The notes beneath the pieces were generated by a model. That model was given only the letters and a program-made list of their open reading frames with translations, was not told where the DNA came from and did not search any database. The position numbers were made by a program, and so were the translations under genes. A stretch of 64,000 bases of DNA, from the NCBI GenBank assembly GCA_051294375.1, contig CM119263.1:4296161-4360160 (forward strand). The letters run 5' to 3'. This document shows, piece after piece, positions 26,512-40,179 of this stretch. How positions within the stretch are numbered: position 1 is the first letter of the stretch; every line of letters begins with the position of its first letter. This stretch comes from Paraspadella gotoi. Its lineage: Eukaryota > Animalia > Chaetognatha.

Positions 26512-26930
26512 CTCCAGGGACAAAGTATTTTTTCTTTTTATATTTTTTTTCTTTCTTTTTTTTTCTGAAGTCGACGACGTAGAAATTCGAGTCTTCGGCG
26601 GGAGGTGATGGGGTTGCGTCGTTTGATTGGGTGTCGGGTTGATGGGGTGACGGTGATGGGGTGGCGCGTCGAGGATGTAGAGGATTAATGTAAAAATATG
26701 GAAAAAAATCCGGCTTTCAGGGAGCACGAAAGTTGGAAAGGGGGAGGGACGGACAGACGGAAGGACGGATGGACGGACGGATTGACGGATGGACTAACGG
26801 ACCGATGGGGAGAAAACGCGCGCGCGGTCAAGAAAAAAAAACTGACAGGTTTTGATTTGACAAAAGATGCTCGAGGGACGAAGCGTTGTTTGAGAAGGAC
26901 GACGACCTCTGACTGGCGACCCGGGTTCAT

Positions 26931-27016
<86 letters not shown>

Positions 27017-28063
27017 AGCAGACGAGGAGTAATACGGTAAAGGTAGAAAAGTAAAAAAAATCTTAAACAGATTTTCTCTTTTTTTCGCTACATTTTCTAT
27101 AAAACTAATACATTTTTATAAAACTAATACATTTACTATAAAATTATTATTCTGGAGGTGACTTAAGATTTTGTCAGAATGAGATTAGCTGTCGTTCATT
27201 CAATATTCAAATTCCATTGTCGTCGTCGTTGTCGTCGTCGTTGTCATCGTCATCGTTGTCGACGTTCCAACCATTGGCGTCATTCTTTCAGGAAACGCAT
27301 TTCTGGATCCGCCGATGACTTCACCGTCACTGGAACACGCGATGGGCTTTAGGCGCCTTTTTCCATTCCCCGGGACCTTCGCCAATCCCTGGCGACTTCC
27401 CACCTGGGCGCTTTTAACATTCCTTAGCACCCTTAGCTTTCCAGGGCGCTTACCTCTCAATCATCTTCTCCAATCCCAAGCAACTTTACTTTTTTCAGGC
27501 GTCTTATCACGTGATCTTTACTTTTCCCTGGCACCTTCCACTTTCTCCGGCGCCTTCCCTCACTCACCTTTGCTATTCCCTGACTCCTTACTTTACCCAG
27601 GGCGCCTTCCCGCCCGGGCGCTTACCCGCTTGGCGCCTTCCTCCCTCCTTCCCCCGGAGCCGTAATGGAAGGAAAAGTTTTTCCAAAATATTTTTAACGT
27701 TTTTTCTTCAAAATTCTTCTTTCGTTTTTTTTTTTTTTACGGGAAAAAAATATTGAATCGTCCCTCTTCTTTTTTTTTTCTTTTCAAGCAAAAAAAAAGA
27801 AAAAACCGGTGAACCTTTGCTGTGAAGTCTATTAACTTCTGACGACACTGTCTGTGAAAAAGGGTGCGGCGGCGGCGGCGGCAGAGAAGGCGGCGGCGCC
27901 AACCCTTGTCAGTTTATTTATGTGGGTCGATCCACAGGCAGTACGCATCTTTTTACGATAAATGATTCTAATTAAATCCAAGTTTTTTTTTCTCGATGAT
28001 AAATTCGTTGAGTCTCGACGTCGTTAGAGCACCCGAGGACACCCGTGGCGTTGGTAGAGACGA

Positions 28064-28150
<87 letters not shown>

Positions 28151-28231
28151 ACAAAAATATCTTGTCTATCAACATCTGAAATTCCAAAGCCAGTAAATCG
28201 CTTGTCTTTGTCCCGCTAACCCCATTTGTCA

Positions 28232-28329
<98 letters not shown>

Positions 28330-28944
28330 ACTGATTTTCCTCTCTTTCCCATCTTTCTTTTTCGCTCATACATTTTGAAGGATTAAATCAATCCTCACAT
28401 TTTTTCATTGTCTCCGTTTTTTTTTCTTTTACATCTTTGTCTCCTTTTTTCTTTTCTATCTACTCATTTCTTATCACTTTAATCCACACTTCTTTTAAAA
28501 ATCTCATTATAATTTATTTTAATTTTCCTTATCTATATAAGCAATTGAAATATTCTACTCATTTATTTTAACTGACTATAGTGACTGTAGTGCCGATATC
28601 AGACTGCTAATGCTATTTCTTGTTGCATTATATCATTTCTTTTTTATATTTTTGGTTATTTTATTTTAATATTTTATTCATATTTATTATTCTTCCAATA
28701 TTCGCTCCTTCAATTATTTATTATAGCTTCTCTTTCCTTTTAACATATCTCCTTCTCTCTCCACCTCTCATTTTGCATTAATATCTTCTCCTCTCTTTCA
28801 TTTAATCCTGAGTCTCACACCCTTTTAATCCTAATTTTTCTTTTTCTCTCTCATCCATCGTCTCGCCTTTTCTTCTTCTTTCTCCTTCTCTCCTTCTTTT
28901 ATCCTTTCTCTCTCCTTCTCATTTTCTTCATCTCCTTCTCTTAA
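26512..28944 (+). repeat. Direct duplication, copy 1 (copy 2 at 36228-38699)
   Basis: Colinear near-identity; matching ORFs (e.g. 27200 vs 36917). Copy 2 starts at an N-gap. Confidence 0.95.
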
Positions 28945-29771
28945 GGGTTTGTGTCATTAGATTCGGATCTTTATAGAGAAGAGATATATATTTTTCCTTC
29001 ATCTCTTGATATGATACTCGATCCACTCTGTCCAGAACAATTTTCAATATTTTTTATCATATCGTTCGGCTGAGATATTGACGAAAAGGTTTTTTTTGCT
29101 AAAAAAATTCCACAGTGAACAGCGTTGACCTGACAAATTCCAAACTTTGCTCACAGGTTCTTTTATTCCATATCTACAATTGCATGGATGGATTTTTTAA
29201 AATCCAACATTTAGCTATAAAAATATTAATTTTAAAGTACAAAAAATGACGCCCTATTTTTGAAAAGCAAATAAAAATATAAGTTGTTAACTTATTGAAA
29301 ATCCATCCATGAGATTGTAGAGAAAAGCATAAATTTTGCCAAAAGTGGCATCAGTATATTTATTATTAGATAGTTATTGAGTTATCGATTTTTATGTAAA
29401 AAAAGTAATAAAATTTTTTACGGAAGTTTTTCTTCGCTGGTTTCCTTGTGATTTTTCAATTTTTCTACGACTGCAAGTCGGGAGAAGACATAACGAGTTC
29501 GTCGTGCATGACGCGAAATATGCGCGTAAAAAACAAAAATTCTTTGAAAAAAAAGTGATATAAATCGTCTTTACCGATGTTTTCTTTTTTAAACTAAAGA
29601 AAAGTTTTTCTTTTTTCTTTTTTTTCCTCCTTTGCTGAATTAAACATTTTTATAATATCTTCTGACTGCAAAGCAACAATTTGACATCAGTGGTGAGTAA
29701 AATGAGTATAATCATTATAATTAGGACTCAAAAACTTTTCCGTTTGCTTATCTAAATTTTTTTGTTTTAAG

Positions 29772-30504
29772 GATATATTTTACTTAAAACCGATGAATAT
29801 CGCAGGCAGTAATACGCCGTTTCGAGATGGACAATACAGAATTTGTACGCATTGGTAAGTTTATTCTTTTACAAAATAATATTATGGTTAAAAACATGTA
29901 CGTCCGCGGTTCTCGAAGAAACTCGATTTTTCCTGCCGCAACTTTATAAAAGTAAAAAAAATAATTGTGATACTAATTTTTCTTTCATTCCCTTTTCTAC
30001 GCGACTGAATCAGTTGTTAAACTTCTCCCAAAATAACTGGCCGGCCTCCATCGCAACATCGGTGACTCCGCGGTCGTCGAATTTTTTTTTCTCGCACGGA
30101 CACGTCCATGTCGGCCTCCGTGAGTTTCACATAAGTGTTCGTTTTTATTAAGTATTCTTTAGTAGAAATTAATACTTTTATTTTTATTGCTAGGTTTCAA
30201 AGATGAACTTTTCTATTTCTTACAAGTTTATTAGAATGATTAGTATGTATGTATTAAACAGTCAGTCTATCTCTCTCTCTCTCCTCCCACTGTCTTTCTC
30301 AAATCCTAGATGAATTACTGAAAAGAACCGAAAAGTTTGAGCAAACAATGTCGGATCTGCGATTAATTAATTATTAAATTAATTAATTAATTAATTAATC
30401 CGAATAATTTGTTTTTAGGTCTTTTCGTCACTGACCACGATGAAAGCAACAATGATGACGACGACGATGATGGCGACGACGACAATAATGCCAATAAAGA
30501 TTGA
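29772..30504 (+). CDS. Small spliced gene or pseudogene with an RRM-like segment and acidic tail
   Basis: Donors GTGAGT (~29692) and GTAAGT (~29854); acceptors TTTTAAG (29771), TTGCTAG (~30193), TTTTTAG (30418). Last exon reads LFVTDHDESNNDDDDDDGDDDNNANKD*. The middle exon is paralogous to 34195-34470. Confidence 0.4.
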
Positions 30505-30689
30505 CTTGATGTATTTATTAATTAACTGATTAATTATTTAATTGATTAATTAACTGATTATTTATTGAATAATTAATACATCTCGTATTTACATTTAAAA
30601 AGAAAAAGAAGCATAATCATTAGTAAAACAGTTTTTTTTTCATTTAAACTTATTTCCACTCAGACGATTCCATCGAAACTTATATCCAG

Positions 30690-30878
30690 CTCAATCACAA
30701 GGTGGGACGGACGACGGACAAACAGATGGACCGGATGAACATTTTTTTTTGCATAATTTATTATAATTCAATTTTCTGACATAAGTAAAATGCCCAACAA
30801 GATTGAGGGGGCGACCGACGGACCGACGAAGTGAATAATAGAGACGAGATCTGCTGATAAGCAGATCAGACCAAATAA
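30690..30878 (+). mobile_element. Possible HINE/DINE-like non-autonomous Helentron end
   Basis: GACG/GGAC microsatellite followed by the terminal palindrome GATCTGCTGATAAGCAGATC. Confidence 0.35.
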
Positions 30879-33010
30879 CTGTTTAAAACATATTGCTTTT
30901 TAAATATATTTGTTGTAAAAAAGTTTTTTAATGTAGGACTACTCCACGGGACTACTCCAATTCTGAACAGTGAACACCTGCCAAGACGCTACTTATTATT
31001 CTTTGTGGAGATTTGTTCCATGATAAATGCTAAGATCTGAATATGGTAAATTGAAATTTGTAGGGCAATAGTGTTGCTCAGCTAATGATGTGGGTAGGAG
31101 ATAAAACCAAACTGAAGTATTTTATTTTTTACAACAATTAGGATCTTTTAATCTATGCTAATGATTCTATGAACTGAGAACATAAGCTTTACCAATTACC
31201 ATACTGAGAATATTTTATTGGCATAAGGTGAGTCTAGAAATTGTTTTGGAAAAACGAAAAATTATTGATAATGTAAAAACTTTTTGATTTAAATATTTTT
31301 TTATATGAACAGTTTCATCAAATTGAACATTAAAAAAGAGGTTGAAATTTGAGAGAGTGGACAATCAATAAATTCAAGTTATTAATATTATGTTTGGAAA
31401 AGGTTTGTGAAATTGAAATTGCATACCATTTAAATTGTAAGTAAATTAATAATTTTGTATCTTTGTTTTAATGATTACGTTGTAAATCAGGTGATAATAA
31501 TTTACTCAATGATCAAATGAATATGCTCTGGTGGTCCTATCACCACAGATAGATTAAAGCTGTTTCTTCTGCAGCGCCTCAGTGGCTCAGTGGCCTAATG
31601 CACCATCCCAATGTGCGTCCTTGGTTCGAGCCTGAGGTTGTCATGTAGAAAGTGGGATGGACCGGGTAACACGCCTGTAGGCAAGGCCTACTGCCAGATC
31701 CAAAGCTCTGGACTACATGAACATGCTGTCTTGCTGTCGCCACGAGGTGACACCGCTGTGGGTGTGGCGCCCTGTAAAACCAGCCTCTTCAATGCAACTT
31801 TAATAAATTTTTGTTTTTTGTATACCTCAGATTACCACCTCATGATCGACCGTCAGAAATGGACAACAACTCTGTCAAAAGTTATTAAAAATTGACGAAA
31901 TTCTTCTACTATTATCATTGATAATAATTAAAACTGTGTTAATGATTATAATTTTTTACAGGCTTAGTCAAAAATTCTTTTTCCTGTTTTTATTCTTAAT
32001 TGACTAAAAATTGGTTTTTATAATGAGAGCAAACCACACTTCACCGACAAAATATTTGTTTTGTTCAGAGATTTTAGCCATTCTCTATTTCTTAACCATT
32101 TTCTCGTTCAGGACTTGAACATACATTAATTTGAAAATATGGTCATTGGTTAAATTTTTAATATAAAGAAGAAAGACTTTGGTGTTTCATTAATTAAATT
32201 TTGCTGAATAATGTCGTAAATACAAAATAAAAATATCTAGATTTTCTTCAAAGACTTAATTTTTAATTGTTCACTTAGGCAAGGGGGTGGGAGATCTGAC
32301 CTGAGGGTTGGGTGTGTTTGATTCTCAGTGACTCTAGTACTGTCTTGTCATTACTGTGGACGCTGAGCCAATGCAGTTGGCTGGTTGTAATTGGAGGTGA
32401 GGCAGTGTGAATACACTATCATAATACTGTTTATCTAATTCTAACATTTCAGGTATTTTTTTGTCATATTAGTCACATTTCTGAATGTGACTTGCCAATA
32501 AATTGAATAATGTCATATTCCAATTTTGTTTTGACGCTCGTGGCGTCCGACGCGTGCATTTCAGCGCAGAATTAAAGTTCGACGTCCGCGGAGGCACCGG
32601 CGGATGACATCTCGATCGAGACGGCCCAAATAATTAGGAAAGTTTTTACAACTGATTCAGTCGCGAAGAATGGGGAAAAGGGGTAAAATTGTATCGTCTT
32701 ATTTTTTACTTCAGCAATGTTTGAAATTGTGTGGCAGAGAAAAGTTGTTGCCTCCTAGAACGTTCAACGTTTTTAACCACCGTTGGGGTTTTTTTTAAAT
32801 TATTTTTAACTCATGTTTTATATTTTAATCTTGAAATTAAGAATTAATTTCACACATCTTTTTTATGTAACAAACATTTTACTCCGTTCCTTGTCGCCAA
32901 ATTGTTTGTTGATAAATAAACTTACCACCTGTTCCAATTCTGAACATTAATTGATGAATAAGAACTAAAGTCAGCCAACGAGATCAAAACAATCTACAGA
33001 GGCACAAACA
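30762..33010 (+). repeat. Left arm of a ~2.25-kb inverted repeat (right arm 33960-36202)
   Basis: Reverse-complement match checked at the outer end (30781-30890 vs 36070-36190), the SINE, and the inner end (CTACAGAGGCACAAACA vs TGTTTGTGGCCTCTGTAG). Confidence 0.95.
31571..31808 (+). mobile_element. tRNA-derived SINE (inverted copy at ~35155-35396, minus strand)
   Basis: Pol III A box TGGCTCAGTGG and B box GGTTCGAGCC, ~240-bp GC-rich body, ends in AATAAA. Confidence 0.7.
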
Positions 33011-33959
33011 GCTGTGCTTATCATTGTCGCCAAATGGCGTCCGTAAGAAACTATTGTAGCATGTTTATTTCTTATTGATGTTTTATTACTTCATTAATTT
33101 TTAATTTAACATTGATTATTGTTTACTGTTTAGTATTACTATTTGCTTTATTATTGTTTTGTGCATATAGATATTCTAGATGCTTGCTGGTAAAGCACTG
33201 AATATCTAAATATATTTTAAGGTACACATTTTAGTAACAAGAACACACTTTGAACTCATGACAGGATCTCACTCAACTTCACAGCACACCCCAACGCAAC
33301 AGCTCGGCCACTACCGACCAAACATCTCCACCCGAGGAGCCACGCCACCTCCACCCCGAACAGAATACAAGAGAAACGACAAACCTCCCACCACCCTAAC
33401 CAACAGAGCTACCCTTCGGACATACACACGACAGGCACAGGACAAGATCGCGGCGAATCGACTTCCGGACAATTCGCCACAGTCTTAATCAAAAATTCTT
33501 TCATTAAGTTAAGCTAAAAATGAAAAAAAATTATTTTTATATTAAAAATTAAATTATAAGTTAATTATAAGTTGTTTTTTTTTACCCACTTAATGAAATA
33601 ATTTTCTAAAAATGTGTTATATTTCCTTTTAACAACTTTTCGTGAGGAATTCGAATCTGCTTTCAAAGATAAAAAAAACATTTTCTATGGTGAGTACTAT
33701 GTATAAATGTGGGCGTATGCAAAAATTGAAAAATAAAAAAATTTTTTATTTAAAAATGTTCATGATCTACTTACTATTTGAATTTGCTTAAACTTGATTT
33801 TATATTTTTGCTACGCTTTACGCTGTGGGGCATAAAATTACGGATAGTAGTTTTCAGCCACTTAATGTCTTATTCACATATATACAAAATTTAGTTTTTC
33901 ACCTTTTTGTTTTTTTTTCGGGATCCCAAAAAACGAAAATAATTAAAATTAACTAAATT

Positions 33960-36202
33960 GTTTGTGGCCTCTGTAGATTTGGTTTGATCTCGTTGGCTGA
34001 CTTTAGTTCTTATTCATTCAATTAATGTTCAGAATTGGGAACAGGTTGGTAAGTTTATTTATCAACAAACAATTTGGCGACAAGGAACGGAGTAAAATTT
34101 TTTACATAAAAAAGATGTGTGAAATTAATTCTAATTTCAAGATTAAAATATAAAACATGAGCTTTTTAAAAATAATTTAAAAAAAAACCCCAACGGTGGT
34201 TAAAACGTGAACGTTCTAGGAGGCAACAACTTATTCTCTGCCCACGACAATTCAAACATTGCTGAAGTAAAAATTAAGACGATACAATTTTTACCCCTTT
34301 TCCCCCCATTCTTCGCGAGCTGAATCAGTTGTAAAAACTTTTCCTAATTATTTGGGCCGTCTCGATCGAGATGTCATCCCGCCGGTGACTCCGCGACCGT
34401 CGAACTTTTATTCTGCGCTGAAATGCACGCGTCGGACGCCACGAGCGTCAAAACAAAATTGGAATATGACATTTATTCAATTTATTGCAAGTCACATTCA
34501 GAAATGTGACTAATATGACAAAAAAATACCTGAAATGTTAGAATTAGATAAACAGTATTAGATAGTGATTCACCACTGCCTCACCTCAATTACAACCAGC
34601 CCTGCATTGGCTCAGCGTCCCAGTATGACAAGACAGTAATAGAGTCACTGAGAATCAAACACACCCAACCCTCAGGTCAGATCTCCACCCCCTTGCCTAA
34701 GTGAACAATTAAAATTAAGTCTTTGAGAAATCTAGATATTTTTATTTTGTATTTACGACATTATTCAGCAAATTTAATTAAATGAAACACCAAAGTCTTC
34801 TTCTTTATATTAAAAATTTAACCAATGACCATATTTCAAATTATGTATGTTCAGTCCTGAACGAGAAAATGGTTAGAAAATAGAGAATGGCTAATCTCTG
34901 AACAAACAAATATTTGTCGGTGAAGTGTGGTTTGCTCTCATTATAAAACCAATTTTTAGTCAATTAAGAATAAAAACAGGAAAAAAGATTTTTGACTAAG
35001 CCTGTAAAAAAATTTAAATCATTAACCACAGTTTTAATTATTATCAATGATAAAGTAGAGAATTTCGTCAATTTTAATAACTTTTGACAGAGTTGTTGTC
35101 CATTTCTGACGGTCGATCAATGAGGTGGTAATCTGAGGTATACAAAAAAACAAAAATTTATTAAAGTTGCATGAAGAGGCTGGTTTTACAGGGCGCCACA
35201 CCCACAGCGGTGTCACCTCGTGGCGACAGCAAGACAGCATTTTCATGTAGTCCAGAGCTTTGGATCTGGCAGTAGGCCCTTGCCTACAGGCGTGTTACCC
35301 GGTCCATCCCACTTTCTACATGACAACCTCAGGGCTCGAACGAAGGACGCACATTGGATGGTGCATTAGGCCATGCAGCACTGAGGCCGCTTGCAGAAGA
35401 AACAGCTTTAATCTATCTTTGCGTGATAGGACCACCAGACATAGTCATTGACATGCAGTAAATTATTATCACCTGATTTACAACGTAATCATTTAAACAA
35501 AGATACAAAAATTATTTAAACTTACAATTTAAATGGTATGCAATTTCAATTTCACAAACCTTTTCCCAAAATAAAATATAATAACTTGAATTTAATTGAT
35601 TGTCACTCTCTTCAAAATCTTCAACCTCTTTTAATGTCAGATTGATGAAACTGTTCATATAAAAAAATTTTAAAATCAAAAAGTTTTTACATTATTCAAT
35701 AATTTTTCGTTTTTCCAAAACAATTTCTAGACTCACCTTATGCAATAAATATTCTCAAGTATGGTAATTGGTAAAGCTATGTTCTCAGTTCATAGAATCA
35801 TTAGCATAGATAAAAGATCCTAATTGTTGTAAAAATAAAATACTTAGTTTGGTTTTATCTCCTACCACATCATTAGCTGAGCACACTATTGCCCTACAAT
35901 TTCAATTTACCATATTCAGATCTTAGCATTTCTCAGTGGAACAAATCTCCACAAAGAATAATAAGTAGCGTCCTTGGCAGGTGTTCACTGTTCAGAATTG
36001 GAGTAGTCCGTGGAGTAGTCCTACATTAAAAAACTTTTTTTCACAAATATTATTTAAAAAAAAAAGGCCAAATATGTTTTAAACAGTTATTTGGTCTGAT
36101 CTGCTTATCAGCAGATCTCGTCTCTATTATTCACTTCGTCGGTCGTCGGTCGGCCCCCTCACCTTATTTTGGGCATTTACTTATTCAGAAAATTGAATTA
36201 TA
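33960..36202 (-). repeat. Right arm of the inverted repeat, truncated by the N-gap at 36203
   Basis: Reverse complement of 30762-33010 with scattered indels. Confidence 0.95.
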
Positions 36203-36227
36203 NNNNNNNNNNNNNNNNNNNNNNNNN

Positions 36228-36647
36228 TCCAAGGGACAAAGTATTTTTTCTTTTTATATTTTTTTTTCTTTCTTTTTTTTCTGAAGTCGACGACGTAGAA
36301 ATTCGAGTCTTCGTGCGGAGGTGATGGGGTTGCGTCGTTTGATTGGGTGACGGGTTGATGGGGTGACGGTGATGGGGTGGCGCGTCGAGGATGTAGAGGA
36401 TTAATGTAAAAATATGGAAAAAAATCCCGGCTTTCAGGGAGCACGAAAGTTGGAAAGGGGGAGGGACGGACAGACGGAAGGACGGATGGACGGACGGATT
36501 GACGGATGGACTAACGGACCGATGGGGGAGAAAACGCGCGCGGGTCAAGAAAAAAAAACTGACAGGTTTTGATTTGACAAAAGATGCTCGAGGGACGAAG
36601 CGTTGTTTGAGAAGGACGACGACCTCTGACTGGCGACCCGGGTTCAT

Positions 36648-36733
<86 letters not shown>

Positions 36734-37786
36734 AGCAGACGAGGAGTAATACGGTAAAGGTAGAAAAGTAAAAAAAATCTTAAACAGATTTTCTCTTTTT
36801 TTCGCTACATTTTCTATAAAACTAATACATTTTTATAAAACTAATACATTTACTATAAAATTATTATTCTGGAGGTGACTTAAGATTTTGTCAGAATGAG
36901 ATTAGCTGTCGTTCATTCAATATTCAAATTCCATTGTCGTCGTCGTTGTCGTCGTCGTTGTCATCGTCATCGTTGTCGACGTTCCAACCATTGGCGCCAT
37001 TCTTTCAGGAAACGCATTTCTGGATCCGCCGATGACTTCACCGTCACTGGAACACGCGATGGGCTTTAGGCGCCTTTTTCCATTCCCCGGGACCTTCGCC
37101 AATCCCTGGCGACTTCCCACCTGGGCGCTTTTAACATTCCTTAGCACCTTTAGCTTTCCAGGGCACTTACCTCTCAATCATCTTCTCCAATCCCAAGCAA
37201 CTTTACTTTTTTCAGGGCGTCTTATCACGTGATCTTTACTTTTCCCTGGCACCTTCCACTTTCTCCGGCGCCTTCCTCTCACTCACCTTTGCTATTCCCT
37301 GACTCCTTACTTTACCCAGGGCGCCTTCCCGCCCGGGCGCTTACCCGCTTGGGCGCCTTCCTCCCTCCTTCCCCCAGAGCCGTAATGGAAGGAAAAGTTT
37401 TTCCAAAATATTTTTAACGTTTTTTCTTCAAAATTCTTCTTTCGTTTTTTTTTTTTTACGGGAAAAAAATATTGAATCGTCCCTCTTCTTTTTTTTTTCT
37501 TTTCAAGCAAAAAAAAAGAAAAAACCCGGTGAACCTTTGCTGTGAAGTCTATTAACTTCTGACGACACTGTCTGTGAAAAAGGGTGCGGCGGCGGCGGCG
37601 GCGGCAGAGAAGGCGGCGGCGCCAACCCTTGTCAGTTTATTTATGTGGGTCGATCCACAGGCAGTACGCATCTTTTTACGATAAATGATTCTAATTAAAT
37701 CCAAGTTTTTTTTTCTCGATGATAAATTCGTTGAGTCTCGACGTCGTTAGAGCACCCGAGGACACCCGTGGCGTTGGTAGAGACGA

Positions 37787-37837
<51 letters not shown>

Positions 37838-38013
37838 GAGAGAGACGAGAGAGAGACGAGAGAGAGAGCAGAGGAGAGACAATAACAAAAATATCTTGTC
37901 TATCAACATCTGGAAATTCCAAAGCCATAAATCGCTTGTCTTTGTCCCGCTAACCCCATTTGTCACCACGAGGAGGAGAGAGAGAGAGAGGAGAGAGAGA
38001 GATACGAGAGAGA

Positions 38014-38077
<64 letters not shown>

Positions 38078-38699
38078 ACTGATTTTCCTCTCTTTCCCAT
38101 CTTTCTTTTTCGCTCATACATTTTGAAGGATTAAATCAATCCTCACATTTTTTCATTGTCTCCGTTTTTTTTTCTTTTACATCTTTGTCTCCTTTTTTCT
38201 TTTCTTATCTACTCATTTCTTATCAACTTTAATCCACAACTTCTTTTAAAAATCTCATTAAAATTTATTTTAATTTTCCTTATCTATATAAGCAATGAAA
38301 TATTCTACTCATTTATTTTAACTGACTATAGTGACTGTAATGCCGATATCAGACTGCTAATGCTATTCTTGGTTGCATTATTATCATTTCTTTTTTATAT
38401 TTTTGGTTATTTTATTTTAATATTTTATTCATATTTATTATTCTTCCAATAATTCGCTTCCTTCAATTATTTATTATAGCTTCTCTTTCCTTTTAACATA
38501 TCTCCTTCTCTCTCCACATCTCATTTTGCATTAATATCTTCTCCTCTCTTTTCATTTAATCCTGAGTCTCACACCCTTTTAATCCTAATTTTTCTTTTTC
38601 TCTCTCATCCATCGTCTCGCCTTTTCTTCTTCTTTTCTCCTTCTCTCCTTCTTTTATCCTTTCTCTCTCCTTCTCATTTTCTTCATCTCCTTCTCTTAA
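36228..38699 (+). repeat. Direct duplication, copy 2, carrying the empty TTAA site (38696-38699)
   Basis: Matches 26512-28944 and continues into different sequence after TTAA. Confidence 0.95.
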
Positions 38700-39996
38700 T
38701 CCCACTTCTGCTAAATCTCTTTTTCTTATTTTAATCAATAACTTTTTCTTCTTTTTTCTATTTTTTTTTCTATTTTTTTCTTCTTCTTTCCTTTAGCATC
38801 GATCGTTAATCCTTTAGCTTCGAGCGACTCGATTAGCTATTTAATGGTCGGTCGGTCGATCAGTCGTTATACGTTATCCCTTTCTTTCCTTTTCCATATT
38901 TTCCTACAATTTTTTCTTTTCCTTCTTTTCTTCCCTTTCTTTTCTTTTCCTTCTTTTTCTATATTTCTTTCCTTTTTCTTTTTCCTCCCTTTCTTTCCTT
39001 TTCCTTTTTCCTCCCTTTCTTTCCTTTTCCTTTTTCCTCCGCCCCAGATATTTCCCTCTTTTTTTGGTTATCTTATCGAATCTTTCCGTTGTTCTTCTGT
39101 TCTTCTTCTGGCAGATCTCGTTTTTATCGTGAAATATGAGGTTTATGCGTCTCCGTTTCCCGGTTGCTAAGCGACGAGGGAGATATTCCCGCTCCGTAAA
39201 GAACGTATATTTCACGAAGTTTTTTTTTGTTGGGGGCGTTTCTTTCTCTCTCTCTCTCTCTCNNNNNNNNNNNNNNNNNNNNNNNNNNNNNNNNNNNNNN
39301 NNNNNNNNNNNNNNNNNNNNNNNNNNNNNNNNNNNNNNNNNNNNNNNNNNNNNNNNNNNNNNNNNNNNNNNNNNNNNNNNNNNNNNNNNNNNTCTCTCCT
39401 TGATGTCTCAGTTTATTCCTTCGAATTTATTCTTCTCAGATTCAGAATCTCGATGAGATGATTAAATTTAAGCATACCAGTCAAAGGTTTAGACTTAAAT
39501 TGTGAAAAAAAATATTCTTTACTAGTAAAAATCAATCCCAAAGCCTCTTTTACCTAATTTATAGAAATATAGAAATAGACAAGGATGAAAAAGGCGTGAA
39601 AACGTTAATTTCGGTCAGAGCGATTATTTTTTTAAAGAATTTAAAAAATAAATTCTTTTTTTTTACTCTAAATAATTTATAAAAAGGACTTTTTATGTCC
39701 CTGGTTAAAATGTTAAAAATATACGTCATTTTAAGGCAACAATAACCTAAGGTCACCCAGTCTATCGAGACATAACCACGCACCCAAGTCGTGAATCCAT
39801 CGTCATGGACCCCCTCACTCCCAAATAATTTCAACACCCCAAACCAATTACTCCCTCTTCCCGACCCCTCGGTCTCGATTCCCCCTGGACTCAGATTGAA
39901 AAATTAACCGAAGTCTTAATGAGGATTCGCGCGCAAGGAGTAAACTTTTTATACTTTATTACTCGAGGGTCAGAGATCAAACTTGCGATTTGTGTT

Positions 39997-40032
<36 letters not shown>

Positions 40033-40144
40033 NNNNNNNNNNNNNNNNNNNNNNNNNNNNNNNNNNNNNNNNNNNNNNNNNNNNNNNNNNNNNNNNNNNN
40101 NNNNNNNNNNNNNNNNNNNNNNNNNNNNNNNNNNNNNNNNNNNN

Positions 40145-40179
<35 letters not shown>

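Larger units (their letters stand above)
28945..36202. mobile_element. Large insertion at a TTAA site, Kolobok-like terminus (TTAA|GGG); right end lost in gap
   Basis: Copy 1 reads ...TTCTCTTAA|GGGTTTGTGTC; copy 2 reads ...TTCTCTTAA|TCCCAC. TTAA targets with RR termini are the Kolobok signature. No transposase seen. Confidence 0.5.

Noticed and set aside
27291-27665. Possible exon after a TCTTTCAG acceptor
   Set aside because: Mostly degenerate GGCGCCTTCC repeats, no recognisable motif, and the frame is not preserved in the duplicate at ~37010.
31571-31640. Functional tRNA gene (also 42105-42172)
   Set aside because: A and B boxes are present, but no convincing cloverleaf; each continues into a SINE-like body.
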